64,000 nt of DNA from Lepidodermella squamata (Eukaryota > Animalia > Gastrotricha): NCBI GenBank assembly GCA_047495785.1, contig JBLDXI010000001.1, positions 3,100,001 to 3,164,000 of the forward strand. Direction: 5' to 3'. Below the pieces are notes generated by a model, which ran no database searches, was not told where the DNA came from, and saw only the letters and a list, made by a program, of their open reading frames with translations. Of this stretch, positions 24,406 through 36,305 are shown piece by piece; position 1 is the first letter of the stretch; every line of letters starts with the position of its first letter. Both the position numbers and the translations under genes were made by a program.

Positions 24406-25563
24406 ATGCGATTTATCGAAATAGTTATAATTGTTACTTCAAGGATCCTGTTCGCTTTTTGCCTGATGCAAAATTTCAGAAGCTTGGAATTAATCGCTCA
24501 GTGTCCCGAAGTTTCCGCCGAGTCATACACCCCTCTTTGTACTTCAAGTGATTTCATAACCAGTGAATGCCCGAAACTTGAATTCACAGCTTCTTTCCTC
24601 ACGGACTATCTTGATGAGGTAAGTGACGACGAAGAATCAATGACTCTCGTTGGAGTTGTATTCTTCGACTGGGTGGTGCGATGTCCGAATTACAACGCTT
24701 CGATGCCGAATGCGATGTTTATCGGGAACATGGACCTCATTTGGACTCCTTTTATCGCTCATGTGAACTCAGAGGGCCCATATGGACTGGAGGTTGGTTT
24801 CCAGCGCCGGCTAACAGTTAGAACCGAGAAGAATGGTGATCTCAGATTTCAACTGAGAATTTCCGGGGCATTCGTAACCGCTTGTGACATGGATTACGGA
24901 AAGTTTCCTTATGACACTGCTCGCTGTAGCTTCCTTTTTTCAATTCAAACGACGGCTAAATTGACAAATGTTTGGTACAGAACAAATATGTCTGAATGGG
25001 CTGAAACTGTAGGGGATGAATGGAGACTCAAGTTGTGGGAAGCGTTTATCAAGGAAGCGGCTATGCCCTATTGGACTGCAGCTAGCTTTGAGCTCGTCAC
25101 CGCAAGGAATCCTCTTTACTTTGAGCTAAACTTCATTGTGCCGATCATTTTCCTATCGTGCCTGCAGCTCGCTGGATACGTGCTGAGCCCACGAAATGGC
25201 GACAGGACCGCATATATGGTGACTATACTCCTCTCGCTCACAGTAACTCAGATGGATATTGCGAACCGAGTTCCTGCGAAACCTACAACAACATTTCTGA
25301 CGGATTACATCATGGCATGCAATTTCCTGTCAGCTGTTTGCATGGTGCACGCCATGGCTATGTCTAGCTTATGCCTCTCTTATAAACGGTGGTACTGCGC
25401 CGAGGTTCAACTTTGTCGGAAGATTAGTCTGAAGATAAGTCGAGCGAGGCTAATCGACCTGATTGCTGTTTCAATCGCATTAATTGCGTTAGTTATGATG
25501 ACTGTGCGTTTTTTCTGCTTCACTGAAGTTGGTGATCTGTCGTGGTATCAGTATTCGTGCTGA
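24406..25563 (+). CDS. Divergent Cys-loop channel subunit E, single exon, paralog of D
   Basis: Cys-loop CDMDYGKFPYDTARC; M2 DRTAYMVTILLSLTV; colinear with D along the whole length; AATAAA at ~25612. Confidence 0.88.
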   Translation: MRFIEIVIIVTSRILFAFCLMQNFRSLELIAQCPEVSAESYTPLCTSSDFITSECPKLEFTASFLTDYLDEVSDDEESMTLVGVVFFDWVVRCPNYNASMPNAMFIGNMDLIWTPFIAHVNSEGPYGLEVGFQRRLTVRTEKNGDLRFQLRISGAFVTACDMDYGKFPYDTARCSFLFSIQTTAKLTNVWYRTNMSEWAETVGDEWRLKLWEAFIKEAAMPYWTAASFELVTARNPLYFELNFIVPIIFLSCLQLAGYVLSPRNGDRTAYMVTILLSLTVTQMDIANRVPAKPTTTFLTDYIMACNFLSAVCMVHAMAMSSLCLSYKRWYCAEVQLCRKISLKISRARLIDLIAVSIALIALVMMTVRFFCFTEVGDLSWYQYSC

Positions 25564-26053
25564 CTAATGTGATTGAGAAGTTTTCATAAATACTGCGCTT
25601 CATAATTACGAAATAAATCGTCATCTATTTGAACTGTTCGTTCGAGCCAAAACGGTGTCTACTTAAATGTAATAAAATGAGCTAATCGGCAAAAGTATAG
25701 CCTATACCCGGTCAAGAAGCCATGGTTTTTAAATATAGGTTGAAATCGGTCATGTGTCGAATAAAAAAATTGGCTTATTTTATATATTTTTGGGAAGCAT
25801 GATTTTGAAGAAGGCTATGCGCATTGTTTTTCTACATAAATATCTTTTTGTCACTCTTCTATTCACAGAAAAACGCGCGTTTGCCGTTGTTGGCTGAGGC
25901 GCAAAGGAAATTGCGAGAATTTTGATATTACACCATCGGAAGATAAAAAGCGCTATGTAGGTAACCGACTAGAGGCGGGATTATTTGTTATCATTTCATT
26001 CAAGCCCGCCGAATCTGCACTTTCGTAGCTGTCAAGTTTTGGGAGTTAAGGCT

Positions 26054-28050
26054 ATGAGCTGGCACGATGAAAAGCGCTGGAAGCTTATACTTATCGTTAT
26101 TTTGAAAGGTTGAAATTCTCGACAATTCTCAGCAATCGAACTTCAGCTATGTTTTATAGCATCGCTTTACATCGATGCAGCGGCGGCTTGTAGCGTACTT
26201 GATTGGCAAAACGATCAAGTTGGAGTTGTATGGTGGAAATCACCAGTAACCTCATATGCTCTTATTGCCGACGGCAATTCGTGGAAATATACACAAACTG
26301 CAAAAATTCAATGTGCTGACGGGCGCTACAAAGAATCATATTGCGGTTGGAGTGATTGGGATGATACGTCGATAACAACTTTCAAATGCTGTAATGGAGG
26401 TTAGTATAAATGCTTCGTATAGAATCAACCTTATTTCAAACATTTCGTTGCATTCCTGGCTTCTTGTAATCCTCGACTATATTTTGTGCGATTTTCATCC
26501 AAACATGATCCACATCTAATTAATGTTCAGTTAACTGTGGACAATACGGAACTTGTTGGCGCGGAATTTGCAATTGCACGGACGGCTGGACAGGGTCATC
26601 ATGCAACATATTATGTGAGTTATTTATCGTCAATTACGCAACATGTAGATTTAGAAAACACTAAGCGCCACCGACAAGTTCAACAACATCCACAATGCTA
26701 CCAACGACTTCAACAACAACTACAACGACTACTATGATCCCATCGACATCAGCTATTCCAACAAAAACGCCGGTGATGCAAACGAACGCACCCCCTGCGG
26801 TCAATCAAGGGCCTTTCAATTATTCAAATTTTAAAACAGGTTCTTGAGATAACTCGCCTTTTCTCCTCTGCGCATAACCCACCGTTTTAGATGTCCCAAG
26901 TAGCTCGCTGTCAAACAATGATTTATTGGCACGAGTAATGCCTGAGATTCCGACCGAGAGACCATCCGCCGAATTCGTTGCATCTCAGTTGGCACGCGAA
27001 TGTACGGAAATCACCCCAGGAGCGAAACCTGCGCCAGAAAATAACGGCAAACCCAACGAAGTTCGGGTATACTTTCTGGGAAGTCGGCTGTCTGATATAG
27101 ATGACATGGAGGAGAGTGCGTCTTTACTTGCAACCCTACTTCTCTCCTGGCAAATTGACACATGCAGCTTCAAGAGTTTGGGAAACGGTTCGTCAAACAT
27201 CAATGAACGACTTTTCGTCACAACTACAAACGACGTATGGGTGCCTAAGGTGATGTTCACGTCGAGCACGGGTGACGTTTACATGAGCGAAGGTTACGGC
27301 GATGATTTATTGGGCACAATAACGAGGCGCTATCCATCTCCAAAAATTACGCTCACATTTTTCTGGACAAGGCAAGGCTTTTTCAAATCGGCGTGTGCTG
27401 TTGGCTTGCGAAAATTCCCATTCGACGAGCAACAGTGTCATTTCGTTTTTGCGTTTCAGCGATCTTCGAGTCTTGTCGATGTTCAGGATCCAAAATTTGT
27501 CTGCGCCCTTGATGAATCAACTGAATGGTCCTTTCCGCAGGACAGCTGTACGGTTTCAGTTAACTACTCACGGGTGAATGGCAACTACCCGGGCAGTGCG
27601 GTTGTCAGCTTCAGTTTGAAGGTTAACCGTCGTTGGAACTTCTACATAGCTAATCTGGTGGCTCCAAGTCTTGTTTTGACGGGAATGGAACTCGGAGCAT
27701 TCCTCATGCCACCGGAACTCCCTGATCGTCCAACTTTTGCTGTGACTATTGTCCTGGCTCTAACAGTCGCTCAAGCTGGTGTGCTGCAGGGTGTACCAAA
27801 AACATCACAGAGCATTCTGTTGAGCGATTACATTTTCCAGCTGTCGATGCTAGCTTGCTGTTGCACCTTGTACGAACTGTTGGCTTGCTGCTTGGCGAAT
27901 GGCGCGAGCGATGGCAAACATGCTAAGGCGGTGAAGATAGGTTGCGCTAAAATCACCCTAATTCGAGCGGTCGATGCCATCGTTTTTCTGCTAGCCGTTG
28001 CAGGGTTGACTGCCATTCATTTGAATGCTTATTTTATCATCACCGGGTAG
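26054..28050 (+). CDS. Cys-loop channel subunit C with Sushi-like/EGF/Thr-rich stalk, a more distant paralog of A/B
   Basis: Exon 1 MSWHDEKRWKLILIVILK (26054-26108). Exon 2 has ...AKIQCADGRYKESYCGWSDWDDTSITTFKCC. EGF exon from 26531 NCGQYGTCWRGICNCTDGWTGSSC. Thr-rich stalk ~26665-26840. Channel exon from 26891 with CAVGLRKFPFDEQQC. Confidence 0.82.
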
Positions 28051-29188
28051 CAAGATTCAATTTATGAACAAAAAACTGGCCTTAAAAAACCGAGCGTGAG
28101 TCGTATATAGTTGATAGGTGAATTCTATCTAACATTTCGAATTTCGTATCCTGCACTCTTTTGCTTTGCTTATAGATCTAACTATTTCTCTATCTGTTAA
28201 ATAATAGCTAAATCAGTAAAACTATCGTTTGGCACTTTTAATGATTTTTCGAGTGATTTTTCGAACTTCAATTGCATGAAGATTAGCTTTTCTAGCTCAC
28301 TAATCTTTAGGGTCTAACTGAAGGCATGTTGAAAATCGAAGGTCATCGATATCATCCGAATTGCGAATTAATGCGAATTGACTATGTTTAGAAAGAATAT
28401 CGCCGGCTTCAAGTTATTGAAAAACAAATTTGTAAAATTTGAAATCGAAAAGGTGGATTTGCATGGCCGGTTTGCAGTGCAAGGAATCGAACCCCAAATG
28501 TGTAACATTTTTCCAGTGGAATGAAGTAACCAAGCCACAAGGCCCACCCAACACATAGGCGTGTTAAAAGTGCTATATATATGCGGCGATATATTGATCG
28601 ACAGCGGAACGTGGATGATTCATCTTTAATGCATTCAGTTATTCAATGAAATATATTGAATCAATCGCGCAAAGCGTCTGGTAATATTCCCATTGGCAGC
28701 AAAAGTTTGTTGACTTGGAATAGGACGAACTTCGAACTTCAAGAAAAGCTGGATTCGGATCAACACATTTGCGACGAATATTTTTCATTTGGAAATAAAA
28801 AATATTGGCCCAAAAAGTTTGCTCTTTTGAGTGGGTAATTCGTTTGCTCTATTGTGCGATTTTCTCAGCTACGGTAAAAAGTGGCTGCGCTATGGGCTAA
28901 ATACAAGAATGAAAAATATGGTGCACCATGAGGATTCGAACTCCGAATCTTGGAATAATAAGCCATGTTTTTTTATCCCCTACTCCAAGCATGCCTATGC
29001 CATTAACAGTTTCTAGAAATGGACGCATTAGCGAAATATGGATTTTTTCGGGGCGGTTTCCTCAAGCCATTGGCGTTGTGGATGAAAAACATGCGCATAA
29101 ATGGAAAATCACCAGATTTTCATACTTTTCCAACCGCTTTTGCTGATTCATCACAACGTCTGGCGCCATCCAACGCCTAAAAATTGAT

Positions 29189-29497
29189 AGTGCCATTGTG
29201 TTTGAGGTTGTAAGTTGAAAAAATCCGCACGCTGATTGGTCAGTTGGCTCGTATCCATGACTCCGCCTTGCTACTTGATCGTACGATCTATATAATTTGT
29301 GGCTTTTATTATTTTTATGAAGGCCGTATCGTAGCACGCGTTTCCAACAAATGCGTAAAACCATTCATAAAAAGATATTTTTTGCAAACATTTTATGGAT
29401 CGCACGATCAAGTAGCAAGGCGGAGTCATGGATACGAGCCAACTGACCAATCAGCGTGCGGATTTTTTCAACTTACAACCTCAAACACAATGGCACT
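29189..29497. mobile_element. MITE/foldback element with ~100 bp near-perfect TIRs
   Basis: AGTGCCATTGTGTTTGAGGTTGTAAGTTG...GCTACTTGATCG (29189-~29282) is the exact reverse complement of ~29405-29497; this explains the mirrored ORFs 29062..29364(-) and 29244..29501(+). Confidence 0.85.
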
Positions 29498-30605
29498 TTA
29501 AACATTGAAGGTGTACTCTAAACGCAAAAATATTGTTAAGGTGACGGGTACTCGCGATCACGGGATGATGACCGACGACCCGACTTTTATTTAGGCTAGT
29601 ACGATTAAGCAAAAACACGCCCGAACGTAGGAAAACTAAGGCTTTTCATTGAAGGCTAAAGCTAACTAATTTAAGATCTCCGAAACGGTAGATGATGTTT
29701 TCCAGTAAAATTGGGCTTTTTATAGCCACTTCAAGGCAACAGGTGCTGCGCCGTAAAGATGTGGCTAAGACAGTAAACAGGGCGGTGGCGTCACACATAT
29801 CGTTTGAAGTCAACTTTCAACATTGAAAGTATATTCTCTCCAAAGAGCATGGTGGCGCGTTGCTCAAGTCAATGTGCTGTGAAACCAAGGCAGCGCGGCC
29901 TGTAGCTGTGAGGTATGCCAAGTACATGACACGTGAAAACGACGAAAGGCCTTTGAGTAAATTGCTGATTGTAAGGATTCACCTGTAGTTATTTAACTTG
30001 TAATCACTATCTGAGGATAATGCATGATTAGGCCTAATTTTGCTCACCGCTCTAAGATGTACTTTACACAACTAATTCTGTTGAAAGTACACTTTAAACG
30101 AGTACACTTTCAACGTTTAAAGTGCACTATCAATGTTTAGAGTGTACTTATTTCAACGCAGCGCTCATGTTGAAAGTACACTTTACATGGCGGTCAACTT
30201 TCAATGCAACATGAATAAGCCCAGTGGTTCCTTCAGCCGCGCTGCCAACGATTTGGTATATTTAGTCCAAGGAATCTCACTTTTATCAATGGTGACTCAC
30301 GATTGCATCATCTTGAATCAGATTGCATCATATCTTATCTAGAAAGTTCTGCCAAGCCATAAAACGGCACAATTTTTATTAGAAATCTCATTTTACTCTT
30401 AATGTCTCTTGTGTTATGTCCCCTTTATTTGATATTATCAGCTAATCATATCTACAACTCCAGCTTACACCTCCTCAATTAGTTATATATGCCCGGTGAC
30501 AACTGCCAACACTTATAATTGAAATAATACATACAAATAATAGGTACCTAATATTATTTTAGGTTTTTTTAATTTCGGAGATTATATTAAACTTAGCGAG
30601 GCGAT

Positions 30606-30998
30606 ATGCCTTGGAGTGATCCGGTGAAGTTGGACGAGGGCTTCGCAAAAAAAGTCCCCGCCAAGCATGGTGTGTATGAAATCGGATATATATATGCCGG
30701 AGAATTCATACGGAGGTACATCGGTCGCGCCGTTGGGTCGAACGTAACTTTGCGATCACGCTTCAAAGACCATGCCTCTGGAGATGGAAATCAAGAAGTT
30801 GGGCGACATCTCGAGAATCGTATCAATAACAACCTACATTTCAGATATATGTGTCGCAATAATCCTGCTTGCTTTGAAGCTAGACAACTCAAGAAACATG
30901 GTTATGGTGAAGAAAATACTCGTTACCCGTGGAACAGTAGATCCGAATCCACGGAATTTTGTAACAACCATAGATGTAAATGTAAATATTGTAAGTAG
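30606..30998 (+). CDS. Stand-alone GIY-YIG nuclease-fold protein, copy 1, with Cys-rich tail
   Basis: Motif order GVY-x13-YIG, LRSRFKDH, FEA, YPWN matches the GIY-YIG conserved Y, Y, R, H, E, N; tail CNNHRCKCKYCK; AATAAA at ~31008. Confidence 0.8.
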   Translation: MPWSDPVKLDEGFAKKVPAKHGVYEIGYIYAGEFIRRYIGRAVGSNVTLRSRFKDHASGDGNQEVGRHLENRINNNLHFRYMCRNNPACFEARQLKKHGYGEENTRYPWNSRSESTEFCNNHRCKCKYCK

Positions 30999-31596
30999 TA
31001 ATTAACGAATAAAATTGTATTATTATGATTGGGTTCATTTTTTAAACCAAGATTTCTAAAAGTTCAACTTGGGCGTCAACCTAAAAATTTTAACAGTTTA
31101 CAAAATAAAGGTGGGAAAGATGAGGATGTGTCAAGCGAAAGATTATATTGCTGCTTTCCGTCTCGAAGAAGCGACTCACAATTTGCTCTTCTTTCTACGA
31201 CATATACTATTCGCTTCCAAAGATTCTCACTTTTGCATCAATCCTGTGAGTCATCATTTTGCATCATCTTGAAATGGATTGCATCATGTCTTCTAGAAAG
31301 TTCCTCCTCTAGAAAGTTCTACCAAATCTAATTAAACCGCATTTTCCTCTTAATGTCTCTTATGTTTGATTTCTCCTCTATTTGATATTATCAGCTAATT
31401 ACATCTAACTCGAGCTAACACATTTTCCTAAATAAGTCTCTGAATTTGTTGTTACATGCCTGGTGGTGACTGGTGACACCTGTCGACATTCATAATTGAA
31501 ATAATTGAAGTAGCACATAATAGGTAATAATATTATTTACAGATACTTTCAGATTTTCTTGAATTCTAGAGATTATATAAAAGTTAGCGAGGAGAT

Positions 31597-31968
31597 ATGC
31601 GTTGGAGTAAACCGGTGAAGTTGGACGAGGGCTTCGCAAAAAAAGTCCGCGCCAAGCAGGGTGTGTACGAAATCGGATTTATAAGGGCCGGCGATTTCAA
31701 TCCGAGGTACATCGGTCGCGCCGTTGGGTCGAACGTAACTTTGCGATCACGCTTCAAAGACCATGCCTTTGGATCTGGAAATGAATACGTTCGGAACTAT
31801 CTTCGCTCCGCTGTCCGCAACAACCTGTATTTCAGATCTATGCGTTGCGCTGATCCTGCTTGCTTTGAAGCTCAACAGCTCGGGCAATATGATTATGGTC
31901 CAAATACTCGTTACCCGTGGAACAGTAGATCCGAACCCACGGATATCTGCAATAACCTGCAACTATAG
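31597..31968 (+). CDS. Stand-alone GIY-YIG nuclease-fold protein, copy 2 (tandem duplicate)
   Basis: Same motifs as copy 1. The ~1 kb unit (~30290-31180 vs ~31250-32170) is duplicated with its flanks; AATAAA at ~31998. Confidence 0.8.
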   Translation: MRWSKPVKLDEGFAKKVRAKQGVYEIGFIRAGDFNPRYIGRAVGSNVTLRSRFKDHAFGSGNEYVRNYLRSAVRNNLYFRSMRCADPACFEAQQLGQYDYGPNTRYPWNSRSEPTDICNNLQL

Positions 31969-33076
31969 ATGTGAAGATTGTCAGTAATAATTCTAGCAAT
32001 AAAACTATAATATGAATATTAGGTTTATTTTCTAACCAAGTTCTTCAATGGTTAATTCAGGCGTCAACCCAGAAATGTTTAATATGTCACTAAAACAAGG
32101 TGGGAAAGATCATTGGCCATGCGGAAGATAATATTGATGCACTCCGTCTCAAAGACGGCAAGCGACTCACGGCTGATTTCTGACTGTTTAGCAAAGTTTG
32201 TTGATTTTGCGAGTTTTATAAGAATGTCAACGTTCCTCAATCGACAGTTTCAGGTGTTATTATACAATATTCGAGTTATAAATCTGAGGTTGATATCACG
32301 ATAAATATCAGTCTGAAGGCTGAAGGCTGACACCCGGATATGGTTGTTATCCGGCGTCAAATCCGGATAACAAGGATATTTATTAATTTTTTTTTTAATT
32401 TTGCTATTTATTTCGGTGATCTAATATTCCTTCTTTTTATCAAGACCATCGAACTCAAAATAATATTGCACGTGTTTTTTAAGCGATTTGTTATTATTTA
32501 TCGGTAAACAAAAACAAAATGGCGCTAATCATACCAGAAGTGCAAGAACAAGGGGCGCCAAACACTCGAATCAGAACTCACCTGTTTATTTTGCGTTTCT
32601 TTTCACCAGTCACCTATATCGCGGTATGATTCCGCGTGTAATTAATTTTGCGCTAAAATATTGACAGGTGTAAGTATACAGTACAACTACCTAATACACA
32701 CCTTATGGATGTATGTTATTGTTTTCCACGAATACAAAATCGACCATGCGCAGTTGGCAGGCTGCTGTGAATAAGCAAGGCACGCGTTGCCAAGACGCCA
32801 TCGATAATAAGCCATCGATAGGCTGCGATCGATTGGCTGCTGTGTAAGAATGAGATTCCCCTTTTCATTACAAAAACCCACCGCCTTTTGTTCTCTCGCA
32901 AAAGTATTTCATCTCTGTGTGTTTTATCACACTTGATGTTGTTTTAATTCACCTTAAAAAAAAGTATTGCTCTACCTACTCATCGTTTGAAGGGCTCTTC
33001 TATAGCAATTATTTGATTAATCTTGTAGATAGAACAATGGATATACTTATGTTTTCAATTAATTGACGGTTCAACA

Positions 33077-35537
33077 ATGAGTGGTGTCGCAGTGGCTGCG
33101 AAGCTGGCAACTGCGCAATCGCGGCAATTTAATAATAACAGCGCCGCGCTAGCTGCTAACAAGCCTGTTATTGTTATCAGTAGCGATTGTGGCAGCGCGC
33201 AATTGACGCCGAATTCGCGCGTCAATACCAATAACAACCAGAATAACGGCAAAAGTGTGCGGTACATACAGATGGGTAGTCGACAGGACGCGAATTCGGC
33301 TTTAAGCCTGGTCAGTGGTGGGGCTGGCGATGCGAAAAGCGTGTCTAATTTGGGCGACTTCGAGCCGAATAATAATAACAATGAAGTGTTTCAGTCCAGA
33401 CGTGGTAGCGATCTTCCATCTCAAAGGTAAGGATTCAGGACATTTTAAAAATTACTTTCTGTTTTTGCTCATTATAAGTGGAAAAATCCCATGGTATCGA
33501 ATTTCCAACTTTGCCAAACATTTATTTATTCTTCTAATTAAAGAAAACCCAGGATTTTTGCTTCAATAATATCTATGAAAATTTAGATTGGTTGTATATA
33601 CTCTCCATCTTGACTCATATGTTTTATATTGAAATTTGAGAAAAAAAATCAGGGTTCTAGCGCTAAATTTGAGGCTCCGGCACCTACTAATTTGCCCACA
33701 ATTTTTTGACCTACTTTCGAATTTAACCAATTTTTTACTGATGCCAACAACGAATTGGAAAAAAATCACCAACCAATACATTAAAAATCGGGTTTTTAGC
33801 TTGAGAAATCATCCCAATGAGGGCCCTGTGAGAGTCCAAATTCTCAGATCTTCAAAATTTATCTGAAAAAACGAAAACAATCACCCCAATTTTGGTAATC
33901 GGTTTAGGGTGATTTTTTCTGGTATATGTATACTAGTTTGCTGGCGGTCGAATAAGTAAGGTCTGCTAATTGAATGTTTTGCAGCTTCGGAACCTTAAAA
34001 TCACCTGAAAGTTAGCCCTGGATCTTCAATTTTAATACTACCTATACAGGGTGTTCAAGAAATAATAGGTAGTTATAAATAGGATTGCTACTTTTGGCAC
34101 GCGCTTTAGCTGAACAACTGCCTATTATTTCTTGAACACCCTGTAGTGAAAACTGAAATTCAAAATTTGATGAGAAATTATGGGGACGTAATTACAAAAT
34201 CTCATCAAGAATGAGTATAATCTCATCATTCAGCCAGATCCGCCCAATTAAAATTTTTAATTTTTAATTTTTTCAGGAGTTACTTGGGTTGCTCGAGTCG
34301 CTACTCGCAAAGCCGATCGAACAGTTTGCTCAACAATCGGCCGAGCACAACCGGCCACACTACAACAGCGCCGCCTCCCTCAATATCGAAGCACCAACTC
34401 TACTACAACCGCGTACTCAGCGGCCGTATGAAGCCGGCCGTCGACGAGATGTACGCAAGGAGCCAGCGCATGAGCCTCATCGAATCGATAAACCGCGGCC
34501 TCTTCCAACACACGATTTTCATCCTGTCATGCCGGCCCGACGACATCCACAGCCGAGATGAGCGGCAACGCACCCCCTTAATGCTATGCGCCTATATCAG
34601 CGATACTCAGTGGCGCGTGTCGATGGCTCGAACTTTGCTACAAAATGGAGCTGATCTTCACCACAGTGATATCCAGGGGAAAACCGCGATGCATCATACC
34701 TGTGAGTTGGGAAGGTCGGAGCTATTGACCCTACTGCTCAAAGCAGGCGGTCACGCTCTACTGAACCGGCACGATTCGACCGGGAAAACGCCGGTTGATT
34801 ACGCTAAATTCGACCGGTTATGTTCCAGGGTGATTGAAGAACATTCGCCGGGCAGTTCGGCGATCGAAAACGCGAAGAGGAAGCTGAAACTACGGCCGAA
34901 ATCAGCCGCAGCCTCCTTAATGACCACACAGGCGCCAAAATTGGTTCAATGGAGCGTTTTCGAGCAGAAAGGCCGCGTGCCCAGCTTAATCGACGCGCTG
35001 CCTTTCGTGTCAGTTTTGCGGGAAAATTTGGATGTTCAAAACGTGGACGACGGTGATTTGCCGACTTCGACGTGTTATTACACCAAGGATCAATTAGCGC
35101 AACGTCGGCGGCATAGTGCGCACCCTGTGGCGCCCTCGAGTGCCCTGGGTGATCTGACAACAGCTTTTGATGGGAAGTCTCACATTGCGACGTTGTTAAT
35201 GATGCATGGCGAGCAACAGCTAGCCAGTTTCCGGCCGACTGTCAAGCCCAGTGAGCAGCAGGATGCGATGTTTAGGCTGTTGCGGGCCACCCTGGAGTCG
35301 CAGCAGCAGTCGACGGAGGAGAGCCTGGCCGGGTCGAAGCAAAAGGTACGTAGCACGCCCAGTGTTGCTGCGGACACCCCGCTTCCCCTGAAATCGCCAC
35401 TGAAAAATAATGTCCCCATGTGTTTTTGCGTTGATTGCGCTGAAAAAATGCTTGCTACCTGGAACAACCTTAATAGCAGCAATAACGCAAAAAATGGCCA
35501 TCATACGCCTTTGCATCATACTAATAGCTCATCATGA
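33077..35537 (+). CDS. Ankyrin-repeat protein (ANKRD34/ANKRD63-like architecture); exons 33077-33426 and 34277-35537
   Basis: A phase-2 intron AG|GTAAG (33427) ... TTTCAG|G (34276) joins the ORFs in frame. Ankyrin motifs RTPLMLCA, LLQNGAD...GKTAMHHTC, GKTPVDYA; long low-complexity flanks. Confidence 0.8.
34047..34143. mobile_element. 97-bp Tc1/mariner-type MITE in the ankyrin-gene intron
   Basis: TA|CAGGGTGTTCAAGAAATAATAGG ... CCTATTATTTCTTGAACACCCTG|TA: perfect 23-bp TIRs and a TA target duplication. Confidence 0.9.
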
Positions 35538-36305
35538 ATTTTTGAAATTTTCGATTCATTCGCGCGATTTTATTTTTCGAATATTTTTCCAGAGATTTAT
35601 TTTTGAGGTGGTGTTAATTTTTATTTTAATCTACCTGAAATGATAATTCTTCAGTCGAAGCTATCAAGTAATATTGTGCACAATTAAAACGCGCTGCTTT
35701 CTAGTCGAAAAAACTAGGCTGTTTGCTGTTGTTTTCTCGTGTTTTCATTAGCGTGTAGCCCGAGTGCGATTTTACTGTTCCGATCGAACGAAAAACTGCT
35801 GCAATAAAACTGCGATAATTTTAGAGAGTGTTTTAATTTATATATTATATATAACCTGAAATTAATTAATGAGGTTTGTGCGTGATGTGATAAAGAAAAA
35901 GAGGTCAAAGGCAGCGTCCAAGGTCGAAAGTCAACGCACGTCGCGCATTGACAGCAGCCAGCGGTCATCGAGCCGCTTATCAACATTCACGACAGATTCG
36001 AGCCGATATTAACCCAAGGTTGAAAAAATGAAAAAATTCGTCACATTCCAGCACAATTATTTTCGAATCGAATTTCACCTGCAATTAATTTTAATTGTTT
36101 ATAATTATTTAAAAATGCACAAAACCAGCCATCTGGTGGCGGCAATATGTTGGTAGGTCATCTACGTGAGACGTGTTTCGTGTGAAAATTTTATTAATTT
36201 ACTGAATTATATTTTTTTGTAAAATTGTTGTAAAATTATTTTTTAATTTCTTTCAATTAATTTTCGCAATTTTTAATATTTTTTTCATGAAATTTTCAGA
36301 CAAAA

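Noticed and set aside
28915-29010. Functional tRNA gene
   Set aside because: Only a T-arm-like motif; no acceptor-stem partner or D/anticodon arms could be folded.
29062-29501. Two ORFs sharing an identical peptide on opposite strands
   Set aside because: Artefact of the MITE's inverted repeats.
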